A stretch of 64,000 nt of DNA from a virus (IMGVR_UViG_3300028585_000519:5001-69000), one strand, 5' to 3'. Positions 38,301-49,224 are shown, counted from the first letter of the stretch. Notes: generated by a model not told the origin, from the sequence alone. Numbers and translations: made by a program.

Positions 38301-39051
38301 GGAGGCGCGCAAAAAGCACCACTCCTTATATACCGCCCTGGCCGCGGCCAAAATCATCATCGACGGCACGAAGGAAGTGCAGCAGATTTGGGAGTACTCG
38401 GCCGAGAACCCGGCCAACGGCCCCACGATGGGCGCCGCTGGTATTACGATGGGTGCCATCCAGACGGGTGTAGCCATTGCCCGTACGGCGGTGGCGCTCT
38501 CCAAGCTCGGCGGCGGCGGTGGGGAGGATAAGGGTGATTACAGCAGCTATGCCAAGGGCGGGGCCACCGGCACGGGCGCCGGCCTGGCCGTGTCGCCGAT
38601 GGGCCAGCTCATGCAGATGTCGGGCATGAGCGTGGGCACCAACGGGCGCCTGACCGACGGCTCGGGGTTCGCCGTGGCCGGCGTGGTGCACGAGGACGAG
38701 TACGTCATCCCGAAGTGGCAGCTGCAAGACCCGCAGGTGGCGGCCGTGGCCCAGTGGCTGGAGGCCCGGCGCCTGCGCGGCTTCGCCGATGGCGGGCACA
38801 CGTCGGCCAGTTCCGGCACCGTGCTGCCGGTGGCCACCGCCTCGCCCTCAACCGATGGCGAGCGCACCTACGCCGTGCAGACCCAGATGCTCGACGCTCT
38901 CGTGGCAATGACGCAGCAGTTAGGCGACGTGAAGCAGTGGCAAGACCGCTTGCAGGTGCACCTCAATATCCGCAACGCCCAGGCCCGCACCGACGAGTAC
39001 AAGCAGGTGCAGTACAACTCCGCTATCCGGAGCAAATCAGGCCCCGGGTAG
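35308..39051 (+). pseudogene. Tape measure protein interrupted by in-frame TAG at 36352-36354
   Basis: Both ORFs in one frame: SQGKDFD*LTEAVLDAGTGEFERLKEFGI; about 1247 codons in total; three N-terminal ~80-aa repeats (DDP.R..LIA). Confidence 0.85.
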
Positions 39052-39186
39052 CCATCCAAAAAAAGGTGCTTTATTAGTCCACAAAAGGGTATTGAAAAAC
39101 GCCCCCAAAAAACCGCGTTTTTGGGGGCGTGGAGACGGTTTGCAAAACCATCCACAAAAGACCCGTTTTGTGGAGTAGTTTCGGGT

Positions 39187-39453
39187 ATGAATCTCATTAG
39201 ACTCGGCGAGCACTTTGTGCAGCCACAGATAATTCTAAAAATCTCAGCCGACGATGTTTTCAACCAAGACCTCTATCGGGTAGAATTTCCCAATGACAAT
39301 GATGTTCACCGTAAAGGATGGGGGTGGATATACGTTATTAATGTAGTGCTATTGCATCAGGAAAAGCTCACTTTAAAGTTTCAGGATGAGGATAGTAGAA
39401 ATACGCGCTTTGCTGAAATCGAAGAGCAGATACAGAATGCTAAATGCGTGTAG
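39187..39453 (+). CDS. Small hypothetical cargo protein
   Basis: Lower GC; preceded by TAGTTTCG; overlaps the resolvase start. Confidence 0.55.
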   Translation: MNLIRLGEHFVQPQIILKISADDVFNQDLYRVEFPNDNDVHRKGWGWIYVINVVLLHQEKLTLKFQDEDSRNTRFAEIEEQIQNAKCV

Positions 39454-40025
39454 CTATCTACGCCCGCGTCTCGACCAAGGACAAAGGCCAGTCCACCGAC
39501 AACCAACTGCCTGACCTGCGCCGCTATGCCGAGGTGCACGGCTGGGATATCTACAAGGAGTACGCCGAGGAGGAGTCGGGCAGCACGGCCAACCGCACCG
39601 AGTTTAAGAAACTCTTCGCTGACGCCCACCAACGTAAGTTCGACCTCGTGCTGTTCTGGAGCCTCGACCGCTTCAGCCGCGAGGGTGCCCTACCCACGCT
39701 TCAGCACCTGAACCTGCTGGAGAGCTACGGTGTGGGCTACAAGTCCTACACCGAGCAGTACCTGGATAGCACCGGCATTTTCAAAGATGCCGTCATTTCC
39801 ATCTTGGCTATCGTGGCCAAGCAAGAGCGGGTGCGCCTGAGCGAGCGCACCCGCGCCGGTATCGAGCGGGCGCGTGGCAAGGGTACCAAGCTGGGCAAGC
39901 CCGGCCTAGAGCAAGAGCAGATCGAGCGGATACGCCAGCTGAAGGGTGGGGGCATGTCGAACTATGCCATCGGCAAAGCCCTGAAGCTCTCGGCTAGTAC
40001 TGTAGCAAAGTACATGGCAGGTTAA
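39444..40025 (+). CDS. Small serine recombinase (resolvase/invertase family)
   Basis: YARVST, DRFSR, C-terminal HTH. Confidence 0.92.
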   Translation: MRVAIYARVSTKDKGQSTDNQLPDLRRYAEVHGWDIYKEYAEEESGSTANRTEFKKLFADAHQRKFDLVLFWSLDRFSREGALPTLQHLNLLESYGVGYKSYTEQYLDSTGIFKDAVISILAIVAKQERVRLSERTRAGIERARGKGTKLGKPGLEQEQIERIRQLKGGGMSNYAIGKALKLSASTVAKYMAG

Positions 40026-40026
40026 G

Positions 40027-40127
40027 ACTTTTTACCTGATTAAATCGCTGCCTAGTTTGGATAATAGCTCAGCCAGTATGACTGAACTATTATCCAAACT
40101 AGGCAGCGATTTAATCAGGTAAAAAGT
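40027..40127. repeat. 41-bp perfect inverted repeat between convergent genes
   Basis: 40027-40067 pairs with 40087-40127; 19-nt loop. Confidence 0.95.
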
Positions 40128-40135
40128 TGGTTCTA

Positions 40136-41737
40136 TTACTGTACGTAATTTTCGCTAGGAATTAGGCTGTACGGCTCCACACTCAAGTAAACGTTACCGG
40201 CTGTGCCGCCTGTGGGAAGGTCGTAAGTGTTGTAAGCAGGGCTGAAGGGATACCTAGATGTGGTGTTTACGATAATAGGGTCGTAGAAGTAGGATATTTT
40301 CTCTCCAAGGTCAGTTGAGCCTTCTGTAAACTGTAACGTAACAGTTTTCTCATTGGTAGTGGAGGCATTAGCGCCAAACTTTACCCCTGATTTCACTATG
40401 GCGCCAAAAGAAGCGTCGTATTCAAAATTAGCAGCATAAGTGGTTGATACTCGTTGCTGCTCTGTGTGTACAACAGTCTGATTCTCCTCGTAAACGTGAT
40501 AAGTCCAAGCTGTACCAAAGTTGCTCAAGTCCCAGGCCGCAATTGCAATTTCGGGATGAAACTCCTTGGGGGTTACTGAAGTGACTGTGTAATAATTTAC
40601 ACTGCCCCAGAGATTCCTAATCTGGTAGTTGATGTCGTACACCTCGCTTGGCTTAGCGCTAAAGCGGATGTTTGTCTGTGGCGGTGAGCCGTCTTTAGGA
40701 TTGAATAGTACTACTATCAGAAATTCGTATCTACCATCAGTCCAGGAGTTTGTCGTGAAGTTAGAACTGCCAATGGTAGGGGTAGTTGGATTGCCTGAAG
40801 AGCCGGAAATCTTTTCTATACCCGCATTACTTAACCGAAAAGCCCGGATAGTTTCCCGAAAACTATCCCGGAATCTACCTTTTGGGGTAGTAGGTGAGAG
40901 ATTGTAGTACACAAAGTCCCGTTGCCATTGGTAAGAAGGGTCAACAGTATATATATTATATGCTTGGATGTTGCGGTAGCTCATTGTGAAAGTCCCATCG
41001 CCGCTTTGCGAGTCATAACCTACGCGGCTAGAACCTGCTGCTTTTGACTTTTCATCGGAAGTCTTAGTCGATATTGATTTCTGTATGCCATTATAAGCAG
41101 GGGCAGAGAACTGAAATGAAAACTGACCGTTTTGATAAAAAGGTTTAGTCACTTCTCCTAGTACTGGGGTATTCGTACTAAGGACTACTCGCTCGTTTTG
41201 CTTTACTACAAGAGTAGGAAAACCTGGGATAACACCGGGCTCAATAATGGTTTGTTCACCACTTACCGCATTAAATAGAGGTGTTTTTCCATCATTCAAC
41301 TGGCGAACCGCAATACTAGGCACCTCTTGTGCAGGATGCCAAGTTTCGGGGGAGAAGCCACTGGGTAGAGTAGGAATAAAAATGGTGAGTAAGGGAAGTT
41401 GATGCTCAATAGAAGCTAACTCATCAGTAGGTAAGTAGTGTATTAAGCGTTCGCGTAGAGTTTCACCATTATTGATAGGAGTGTCTTTGACCATTTGATA
41501 GAGGATGTCGTAATCCTGGTCAAATTGCTTTAGGCTTTCAGTTTGCAGAAAGGCTCGTAGTTCGGGGTCTTGTTTGAGCGCTTGGCCCAAGCTTTTAGCG
41601 AAAACAGTCTGTAACTGGTTTATCTTGTTTGGCGTTAAAGTACTAACCGGTGCAACAGATGATAGGTCTTTATTACAGGACTGTACACCACTCATTAGTA
41701 ATCCTAATAGACTGAGTGTAATGGCTTTGCTTTTCAT
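40136..41737 (-). CDS. Lipoprotein cargo of unknown function
   Basis: MKSKAITLSLLGLLMSGVQSC lipobox; lower GC. Confidence 0.8.
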   Translation of the reverse strand: MKSKAITLSLLGLLMSGVQSCNKDLSSVAPVSTLTPNKINQLQTVFAKSLGQALKQDPELRAFLQTESLKQFDQDYDILYQMVKDTPINNGETLRERLIHYLPTDELASIEHQLPLLTIFIPTLPSGFSPETWHPAQEVPSIAVRQLNDGKTPLFNAVSGEQTIIEPGVIPGFPTLVVKQNERVVLSTNTPVLGEVTKPFYQNGQFSFQFSAPAYNGIQKSISTKTSDEKSKAAGSSRVGYDSQSGDGTFTMSYRNIQAYNIYTVDPSYQWQRDFVYYNLSPTTPKGRFRDSFRETIRAFRLSNAGIEKISGSSGNPTTPTIGSSNFTTNSWTDGRYEFLIVVLFNPKDGSPPQTNIRFSAKPSEVYDINYQIRNLWGSVNYYTVTSVTPKEFHPEIAIAAWDLSNFGTAWTYHVYEENQTVVHTEQQRVSTTYAANFEYDASFGAIVKSGVKFGANASTTNEKTVTLQFTEGSTDLGEKISYFYDPIIVNTTSRYPFSPAYNTYDLPTGGTAGNVYLSVEPYSLIPSENYVQ

Positions 41738-42094
41738 TGGTGAGATGTGGAAAATTTGTGCCACAAAGGGACGACGCTATAGCGAGATTCGAAAGGACAA
41801 AGTCTATTAAATCAAATGAGTAGATAGCTTAAAACTGACAACTAAAAGTTATAATGACTGCTGCTTGAGCCGAGAAATATTTATAATTACTAGTAGGTCG
41901 TAGATTGCAATGACCTGGTGGTCAATATATTGTAATAGTAAACAAAAAATTATTAGCGTGCCGCATAAATGGCGATATGTGACATCTGAACTGAAAATAA
42001 GTAGCCCTGTCTTCTTTTTACATAAATCCAAAAAATGTAAAATATAAATACAATATTAAAAATACATTTTAATTTAATTAAAATTAAAATGTAT

Positions 42095-42319
42095 TGCCCC
42101 TAAAACTGCCCCTATTTTTATGAAAAACCCCCTCAGTTGCATCTGAAGGGGGTATGCTTGTTACCGGGTGGCGCGGCCTTTTTTTGTGCCCCTAGGTCAC
42201 TGACTGGCTAAAATTGGCCTCTGCGTGCTGTAAACGCAGATTCTCACAATCACCCCCAACCAGCCCCAACTAGAAAAGGTGGCACTTTGCCACTGTTTCT
42301 GCCACTAAAAAAGCCCCTA
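42095..42319. repeat. Integrase arm-type repeats on both sides of the att core
   Basis: TGCCCCTA at 42095, 42107 and 42187; TGCCACT(A)/AGCCCCTA at 42288, 42300 and 42312 (12-bp period). Confidence 0.65.
42166..42190 (+). repeat. att core at the junction of the two elements
   Basis: GGGTGGCGCGGCCTTTTTTTGTGCC; 23/25 identical to 58909-58933; 130 bp from the integrase 3' end. Confidence 0.8.
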
Positions 42320-42320
42320 C

Positions 42321-43609
42321 TTAGGCGGCCTTGGGCGGGCGCCAGGCCGTCTGGCGGTAGGAGTCGAGCAGCTCCTGGCGGTTGATGCCCAGGTACACGT
42401 TGAACTGGCTCTCGGTCTGGTGGCCGGTGGCCAGCATGACGAGGCGCGCCGGCACGCCCTGGTAAATTTTAAGGGTGGCGTGGGTCTTGCGGCCCACGTG
42501 CATGCCGAGCTTGAGGCGGGTAAGGCCGGAGAGGGCCGCTACGTGGGGCAGGTAGCGCCAGGGGTCGCGCACGAAGGGCAGGCAGGAGTCCAGTCCCAGG
42601 GGCCGGTACTTCTCCAGCAGGGCCACGGGCCGGAACACGTCGTCATCGAGGTAGGGAATGAGGCCCACGACGGTGGTTTTGTTGAGGGCCTTCTCGATGA
42701 GCTCCTGCGCGGCGTTGATGTGCTGCCAGCCCAGCTCCTGGGCGTCGCCGTGGCGCTGGTGTAGGCGCAGAGCAGAAACATATCGCGGGTCCACTCGCAG
42801 CGGCTCACGTGCGCGGCGGTACTGAGCTCGCCCCGGCCGCCGCGCCCCTCCCGCGGGGTGGGCTCGGGGAAGGCGGCGGCCAGGTGGGGCCAGTACGTCA
42901 GGGGCCGTGAAGTCGATGGCGGCGATGGCCAGCAGCTCGTCCTGGGTGAGGGCGTCCTTGCCCACGGAGCTGGGGGCCAGGCGCAGCACCTTGCGAAAGC
43001 CGCCGGGTACGGGTAGCTCCTGGCTCTCGGCCCAGAAGAGGAAGGAGCGCAGGCGCTTGACGTAGGTGTTGAAGGTGCGCGGGCTACGGCCGGCCACGCC
43101 GAGCATGTAGTTGCGCAGCCCGTCGTAGAAGGCCTTGGTGAGCCCCTCGAAGGAGAGGGGCTGGCGGCGGTGGGCAGCGAAAGCGGCCAGTTCCTTGCGC
43201 ACGGCCCGGTGGGTCCAGATGGTGTCGGGCGAGAGTAGGCGCCCGGTGCGCACCGATACCTTGTCTTCCTCCTCGGTAATCCACTGGTCGAAGTAGTCGA
43301 GGAAAGTGAGGACGATTTTGGGCGGCGGGGCAGCGGGGCCTGGCCGGTGCGGGCGGCTACGAGCGCGGCCACGTGCTGGGCGATGCCGGCGTGCAACTGG
43401 TCCTTGCCCAGGGGCGCGCCCTGGGCGGCGCGGTGCAAGGCCTGGGCGGCGGCGGTTTGGTCGTCGAGCACCTGGTTGATGGCGTCAGCGTAGGCGTCGG
43501 GCTTGTTTTTGACGCGCAGGCGCTGGCCGTCCCAGCAGTAGGTAAGCTGGATTTGGGCCTGGCCGCTCTTAGTGAGTTGGCCCAGGCGCAGCTGGCAGGT
43601 TACTTCCAT
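42321..43609 (-). pseudogene. Tyrosine integrase, multiply frameshifted
   Basis: Arm-binding N-terminus, RHGD (frameshift just before it), HVGRKT, GHQT, NVYLG spread over several frames. Confidence 0.88.
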
Positions 43610-43712
43610 AGGTGGGCAAGGTAAAATGAAACTTTATAACTATGCCATTCACAAATGCCGTGACGTTCTTTGCCTAGAGGAATAGTACTGTCCTACCTTA
43701 TAGTTGTTCCCT

Positions 43713-46281
43713 ATGCCTGATTTTGACTTTGAGCACTTGAGTGATAAGAATTTCGAGCACATGGCAAATGCGCTATTTGCCGAACACATTGCTCGCGGCC
43801 TGCGCCCATATACTACGGGCGCTGATGGCGGGCGAGAAGCAACCTTCGAAGGGTAGATGAAATATTGGTTAGCCGGTCCATTGTGGAATGGCTACTTAGT
43901 AGTTCAGTGCAAGCAGAAGCAGGCACGGGGAGCAACGCCTAAGGATGAAGCAGATTGGGCGATTAAGGAGCTCAACAGAGAGATGGAGCGGTATAAAACT
44001 GCTAAGCGGAAGCGCAGAAGACCAGATTACTTTCTCTTTATCACCAACGCTCACCTGTCGGCGCAGCAGGCTACCGGGGGTAAGGATAGATTTGTGGAGC
44101 GCCTCAACTACTGGAAAGGGGAGCTAGGTATTAAGGAAGCAGATGTGTGGGACCGGGACAAACTCAACAACTTAGTAGACATCACCCCCAAAGTTGCTGA
44201 GCGGTTTGGCTTGTTACATTCCGGCAATCTTATTCACCACGTTGCGCAGGCGTTCCTTTCGCATCAGCAGGGTGTAGAAACGACGCTATCAGTTTTCCTG
44301 CAGGAAGAATTGCGGATTGACCAATTCGTCCTACTGGCCCAGGCCGGTCATGCCAGTGATAGTCGTCCCCCTCTAGCGCGAGTGTTTGTAGACTTGCAGG
44401 CGGTACCTGAATCAAGCCCCGAGCAAGTGGTATATGTGGTGCAGGAGGTACAGCAAAAGGCTGACCGACCACTGCACCCAACGCTGCTCAGAGAGGAGCG
44501 TCAACTAAGTGGCGAGTCGTGGCGGGCACACATGGACGAGGAAGAGTATGAGGAAGCCGAATCTGACTTGGGTGAGGAGGATGAGGAGGAGCAAGCGCGT
44601 ATTGCGGAAATTTTTGATTCTATTCCAGAGGAAAAATATGGGCCTTCCCGCTTTGTCATTGTAGGAGGACCAGGGCAAGGAAAAAGTACGCTAGGCCAAT
44701 TTCTGGCACAACGCTACCATCCCGCGCTGCTTAGGGCAGATACAACTAGAACGCTGGAGTTCGAGACGAATCGCACGCTACAGGTGATAGAACAAGCTGC
44801 TGCTGAGTCGGGAACTTGTTTGCCCATCTGTCCCCGCTGGCCGTTTCGCATCATCTTGCAGGAATTTGCTGGAGCACTGGCTCAAGGGGAAGTTGGTTCC
44901 GTTTTGGAGTATATCGCCGCTCAGGTGCATAAGCGCTCCAAGCGCTCCTTTACCGCGCAAGATGCGGAGCTGATGCTAACCAACTCGGCTCTATTTGTGG
45001 TGTTTGATGGGCTGGACGAGGTGCCGGCAGGCAATAACCGGACGGAGGTGCTGGATGCCGTAGCAGCAACGCGGGCTCACCCTGTCGCAAGTGCTGACTG
45101 ACCACCGCAAGACCCTTGAAATTTTGCACGACCGCATTGGCCTGCTGCTGCAGGTAGAAGGGGAGTCGATAGATAAAATGGAGGGTTACATCTCGCCTGA
45201 ACGGCTGCGGTGCTTGGTATATAATTACTTAGTGCAAGAGGAGTACAGCGGAGAAGAGTTAGATTGGCTGACGGATACTATTATGCACGCTGCCCTGGAC
45301 CGTCTTGTGTTTATTATAACCCCGGAAGATGGCCGCTACAGCTTTGAGGTGCGGTCATTACAGGAATTCTCGGCGGCGCGCGCCCTGATGCGGGAGGAGT
45401 ACGACGTAGTAAAAGAGCGATTGCGGGCCATTGCCCCGATACCCTACTGGCGTAATACCCTGCTGTTTGCCATAGGCCAAGCATTTGCTCAGCAGAATAC
45501 GCGGGACCGCGACATGGTCATGCAGTTGTGCCGGGAACTAGATGAGGCAGACGACATATTGCTTGCCCGTACGCGGGTCGGGTCGCGAGTGGCCCTTGAT
45601 ATGCTGGAGGAAGGTATCGTGGCCATGCAGCCAAAATATCGGAGCCTTGTATTAGCCAGTACGCTCCAACTACTACGCTTGTCGCACCTCGACACGGCTG
45701 AGCGTTTGGTAGGGCTTTATAAGGTATCGGAGCGAGAATTGTATCGCAAAGCTATTCAAGCCGTATTAGGCAGCGGGGATTTTGACGAACAGGTTGGCCT
45801 GTTTTTGGTGCTGGCCCGGTTAGACGAGCGCAAGGAAGAATGGGCTGGCGCTTTGCAAGAGCAGCACTGGCCCGAGTCATTGGCACAGCAACAGTTGCTG
45901 ATTGAGAAAACCTTGAATTTTTGGATTAATCCCTGGATGCACGACATGCTAGGCCGCGTAGCCGGGGAGAGTGGCCCAGGATGGGTGGCGGACAACATGC
46001 GGCGCATGCAGACCGGAATTACCTGGTTGGAGGAGGCCAGCCGCCTACGCTTTGTGCGCGAGAAAAGGGTGAATGTGAAAGGTCTGCCGCTCAGCTTTTC
46101 CACCATCTGGCAGTGGGTATCACCAAAACTGCTGGCAAGTTGGCCAAGCCAGCAATTAACACACTATGCGTGGTTGCCGTTTACTATTGGTCAGGAGTTT
46201 ATGCAGCATCCTACGCCCGATACCTTAGCCGATACTCTGGAGGCATTGGTGCAAGCCGGGGGATACCTGAGTTTTAAATAG
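43713..46281 (+). pseudogene. NACHT/STAND NTPase with N-terminal restriction-endonuclease-like domain; nonsense mutation and internal deletion
   Basis: GADGGREATFEG then TAG at 43854; GGPGQGKST; VFDGLDEVP; out-of-frame deletion near 45070; FEVRSLQEF. Confidence 0.78.
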
Positions 46282-46371
46282 GGGTATTTCTACGCTAGTT
46301 TCAGCTTACTTGATAGGGGACTTTTGCTTTGTCTAAGAAACGGTCTTTTAGACGTTTAAGAAAAAAGTACC

Positions 46372-46719
46372 ATGGCCTACCCTCTTGTTAATATCTGCAA
46401 CTCGACTCTTTACCCTGTTTCAGGCCAAGTAATCTATGAGAGCGCATATTGCGGCAATGACCAGTTTACCATTGCTCCCGGCAAATGCTGGGAGGCCAGT
46501 AGCCGCGGTGTCTGCTTAGTAGGTGAAATAGTGGTGACTGTCCTTGTGAACGGTAACCCCGTACAAGCTGCCCCCTATACTTCGTCAGGCACTTCTTACA
46601 GCCAGTTTGCAGTCATACAAATAGGCAGCGACTCATTCGCCGTAACTCGGGTTACGAGTGCAAACGACAGTGTTGACGTAGGTGAAGTAGAGGCCGCGCC
46701 TACTGAAACGCAGAAATAG
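46372..46719 (+). CDS. Small Cys-containing beta-rich cargo protein
   Basis: Intact 115-aa ORF followed by a strong terminator. Confidence 0.7.
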   Translation: MAYPLVNICNSTLYPVSGQVIYESAYCGNDQFTIAPGKCWEASSRGVCLVGEIVVTVLVNGNPVQAAPYTSSGTSYSQFAVIQIGSDSFAVTRVTSANDSVDVGEVEAAPTETQK

Positions 46720-46735
46720 CTAAGCGTCTTCCACA

Positions 46736-46770
46736 AGAAAGCCCCTGGCGACTATCGCCAGGGGCTTTCT
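46736..46770. terminator. Bidirectional terminator
   Basis: 16-bp perfect stem AGAAAGCCCCTGGCGA between convergent genes. Confidence 0.85.
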
Positions 46771-46862
46771 GCTATGCGCTACTTGAGCTGATTACCAGTG
46801 AGCTGACCACGTATCAGTAAGCACGGCAGGCGGCGTCGAAGTGGCCAGGTTATGCTGTTTGG

Positions 46863-47240
46863 CTACCCATTAGGTCTTAGGCGCGAGAAGATGTAGTAGG
46901 TTAATGCGCTCGCAGCAAGGGCAAGCACAGTAGATGTTGTTGCTGGCAGGCGCTCCGCGCTCGCTGCCTTGACTACAAGAATTGCCCCAAGCGAGTAGCA
47001 AATCCTTTCGGCGAGAATAGGATTTGACTTGAATCCATAATGCCCTGATAACACGATAGATGCAACAATGCACGCCACTATGCTTGGTACAACTACGAAT
47101 AAACCGAAGTATAGGTCCTCTATTGTTAACTTATCGAAGGCAGTATCTGATGCAGCATGGGCAGGTAACGCGGTGACCGCTGCTAGTAAAATACTTATCA
47201 GTAAGGTGGCGAGGAAGTAAGAATTCTTGTTTAGCTGCAT
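46863..47240 (-). CDS. Membrane cargo protein, about 4 TM
   Basis: Hydrophobic segments; lower GC. Confidence 0.6.
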   Translation of the reverse strand: MQLNKNSYFLATLLISILLAAVTALPAHAASDTAFDKLTIEDLYFGLFVVVPSIVACIVASIVLSGHYGFKSNPILAERICYSLGAILVVKAASAERLPATTSTVLALAASALTYYIFSRLRPNG

Positions 47241-47435
47241 GATGCAAATTACTGCCAAGTCCTCGGTAACTGCCACCTAGCGCTTTTTCATGCGCTGTTG
47301 GCTTTCGAACACCGCTGGCTTCACGGCCGGCTGTGAAAGATGGTCAGCTCACGTTTGGCGCCACCGCCTCGGCGTAATCCCGTCCTACTGCTGCTTGAGG
47401 CAGGGTTACATCTTGATGGTGTAACCCCGCTTTTT

Positions 47436-47954
47436 ATGAAACAGCTGAAGAAACCGGACAAGATTGACAAATACAGGTCGCACCTGATGGAGGGGGCCGA
47501 CCTCAAGGACGAGGAGCTGGAAATGTTGGCTAAGTACCGCAAGGCGCACGCGCTGCTGTGCCTGGGCTTCAGCCGCAACCAGGTAATTGCCACGCTGGAG
47601 AAGGAATTTGAGCTGAGCCAGCCGCAGCTCTACGCCATCGTGCGCGAAAGCGTCACGCTTTATGGGAGTATTGAAGAAGTCGATAAGAAGGGCCAGCGCG
47701 TCATTGCTATCGAGAATTACAAGCTGCTGGCCAACCTGGCGCGCAAGGATGGCGACATCAATGCCGCCATTCGGGCTACCGAGCTGGGCGATAAGCTCCA
47801 GGGGCTGTTCGAGCCCGAAAAGACGCTGCTTGACCCCCAAGCCTTCCTCATCCCCGTGCCGATGGACTTCAGCACCGACGTGCGCGTGCTGCGCGAGCAG
47901 GAAACGCAGGGTATTGACTTTGAGGACGTAAGCGGCCCCGTAGATGAAGAATAA
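47436..47954 (+). CDS. Terminase small subunit-like protein (second phage)
   Basis: Same layout as 19853-20515; overlaps the large terminase start. Confidence 0.6.
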   Translation: MKQLKKPDKIDKYRSHLMEGADLKDEELEMLAKYRKAHALLCLGFSRNQVIATLEKEFELSQPQLYAIVRESVTLYGSIEEVDKKGQRVIAIENYKLLANLARKDGDINAAIRATELGDKLQGLFEPEKTLLDPQAFLIPVPMDFSTDVRVLREQETQGIDFEDVSGPVDEE

Positions 47955-48796
47955 TACCGCCCGGCGCATCTACGTCAACGAAAAGCAGCGGCAATTCCTG
48001 GCCGCCAAGCAAAAGCGCCGCAGCTTTGTCGGCGGCCGGGGCTCGGGCAAGACCACCGTGGCCGGCCACGAGACGCGGGTGCAGATGAACTACCTGCCCC
48101 GGGCCAAGGGCTTTTTGGCGGGCCTGACCTACACCCAGCTCACGAGCAACACGGTGCCAGCGATGGAAGGGGCCTGGGAGGCCCACAGGCTGCGCGAGTA
48201 CGACTCGAAGTCCGGTTTTGGCCACTACGTGAAGGGTAAACGCCCACCAGCTGAGAGGATTAAGCCCTACCAGCCCCCTAGCAATTACGAGAACGTGATT
48301 ACGTTTCTCAACGGCTACACCATCCAGATGCTGAGCATGGACCGGGCCGAGCTGGCGCGGGGTGGTAACTACGACTTCGGCCACATTGACGAGTCGGCCC
48401 TGATGAAGGAGGAGCACGTGAACAAGATTCTGCGCCCCATGATTCGGGGTAATATCTACCGTTTCGGCAACCTGCACCACCAAACCTTCTGCGATTACAC
48501 CTCCGTGCCCTGGCTGCCTTCAGGCCAGTGGATGTTCAAAACCGAGGACCTGGCCAAGGAAAGCCCCGACGAGGCGTTCTTTCTCGAAAGCACCGCCTAC
48601 GATAACGTGGCTGTACTGGGGGAGAGGTACTTACGCGACCTGCGCAACGGTATGACCCCGCTGGAGTGGGACGTGGAGGTACTAAATAAGCGCCTCACCA
48701 AGCTACCCAACTCCTTCTACCGGTCACCAAGTTCTGCGATAGCTACGAGCGCAAGCACGTGGTTATCTATGGTGACCGCAGCGGCAACAACAAGCA
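47944..48796 (+). pseudogene. Large terminase remnant, type B
   Basis: GGRGSGKTT, GHIDES; deletion near 48720 joins a C-terminal VIYGDRSG fragment. Confidence 0.82.
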
Positions 48797-49223
48797 GGAG
48801 GAGCATTTTATGGCCCGCCGCTACCTGTGCCCCGCCGGCAAGCCCACCATCGGCTACGGCCACGTGATACTCCCCGGGGAGGAGCGCTACCACACGGCCG
48901 TGCTCACCGAGGCCCAGGCCAGCGCCCTGCTTCAGCAGGATATCGACAAGAAGTACGGCGCCCACGTGGCCAGCCGCGTGCACCGCGACCTGACCCAAAA
49001 TCAATTCGATGCCCTGGTGTCGTTTTGCTTCAACATCGGTACCGGCAGTTTCGATAAGTCGAGCGTGCTGGCCCTGGCCAACGCCGGCGCTACCGACCCC
49101 CGGGTACTAGCTAACGCCTTCGGCCTCTGGAACAAAGTGACCAACCCCAAGACGAAAGTAAAAGAAATCAGCAAAGGACTCACCATCCGCCGCGCCCGCG
49201 AAGCGGCGCTTTATCTCTCGTAA
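48759..49223 (+). CDS. GH24 phage lysozyme, N-terminus replaced by a terminase fragment
   Basis: E-x8-C-x5-T (EHFMARRYLCPAGKPT), IGYGH, QFDALVSF..NIG, GLTIRRARE. Confidence 0.8.
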   Translation: MVIYGDRSGNNKQEEHFMARRYLCPAGKPTIGYGHVILPGEERYHTAVLTEAQASALLQQDIDKKYGAHVASRVHRDLTQNQFDALVSFCFNIGTGSFDKSSVLALANAGATDPRVLANAFGLWNKVTNPKTKVKEISKGLTIRRAREAALYLS

Positions 49224-49224
49224 G

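Larger units (their letters stand above)
1..42190. mobile_element. Prophage 1, near-complete temperate phage; left end and presumed integrase outside the window
   Basis: Ordered repressor, early, replication, head, terminase, portal, lysis and tail modules; ends at the att-like repeat 42166-42190. Confidence 0.92.

Noticed and set aside
12776-40025. Resolvase acting as a Gin/Cin-type tail-fibre invertase
   Set aside because: No inverted crossover sites or alternative fibre cassettes seen; the fibre gene is 25 kb away
41849-42031. 60-aa AT-rich ORF near the att junction
   Set aside because: No recognisable features; lies in att-proximal AT-rich DNA
42121-42190. att core as the 3' end of a tRNA or tmRNA gene
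   Set aside because: No T-loop (GTTCGA) or cloverleaf on either strand; the core looks like half of a terminator
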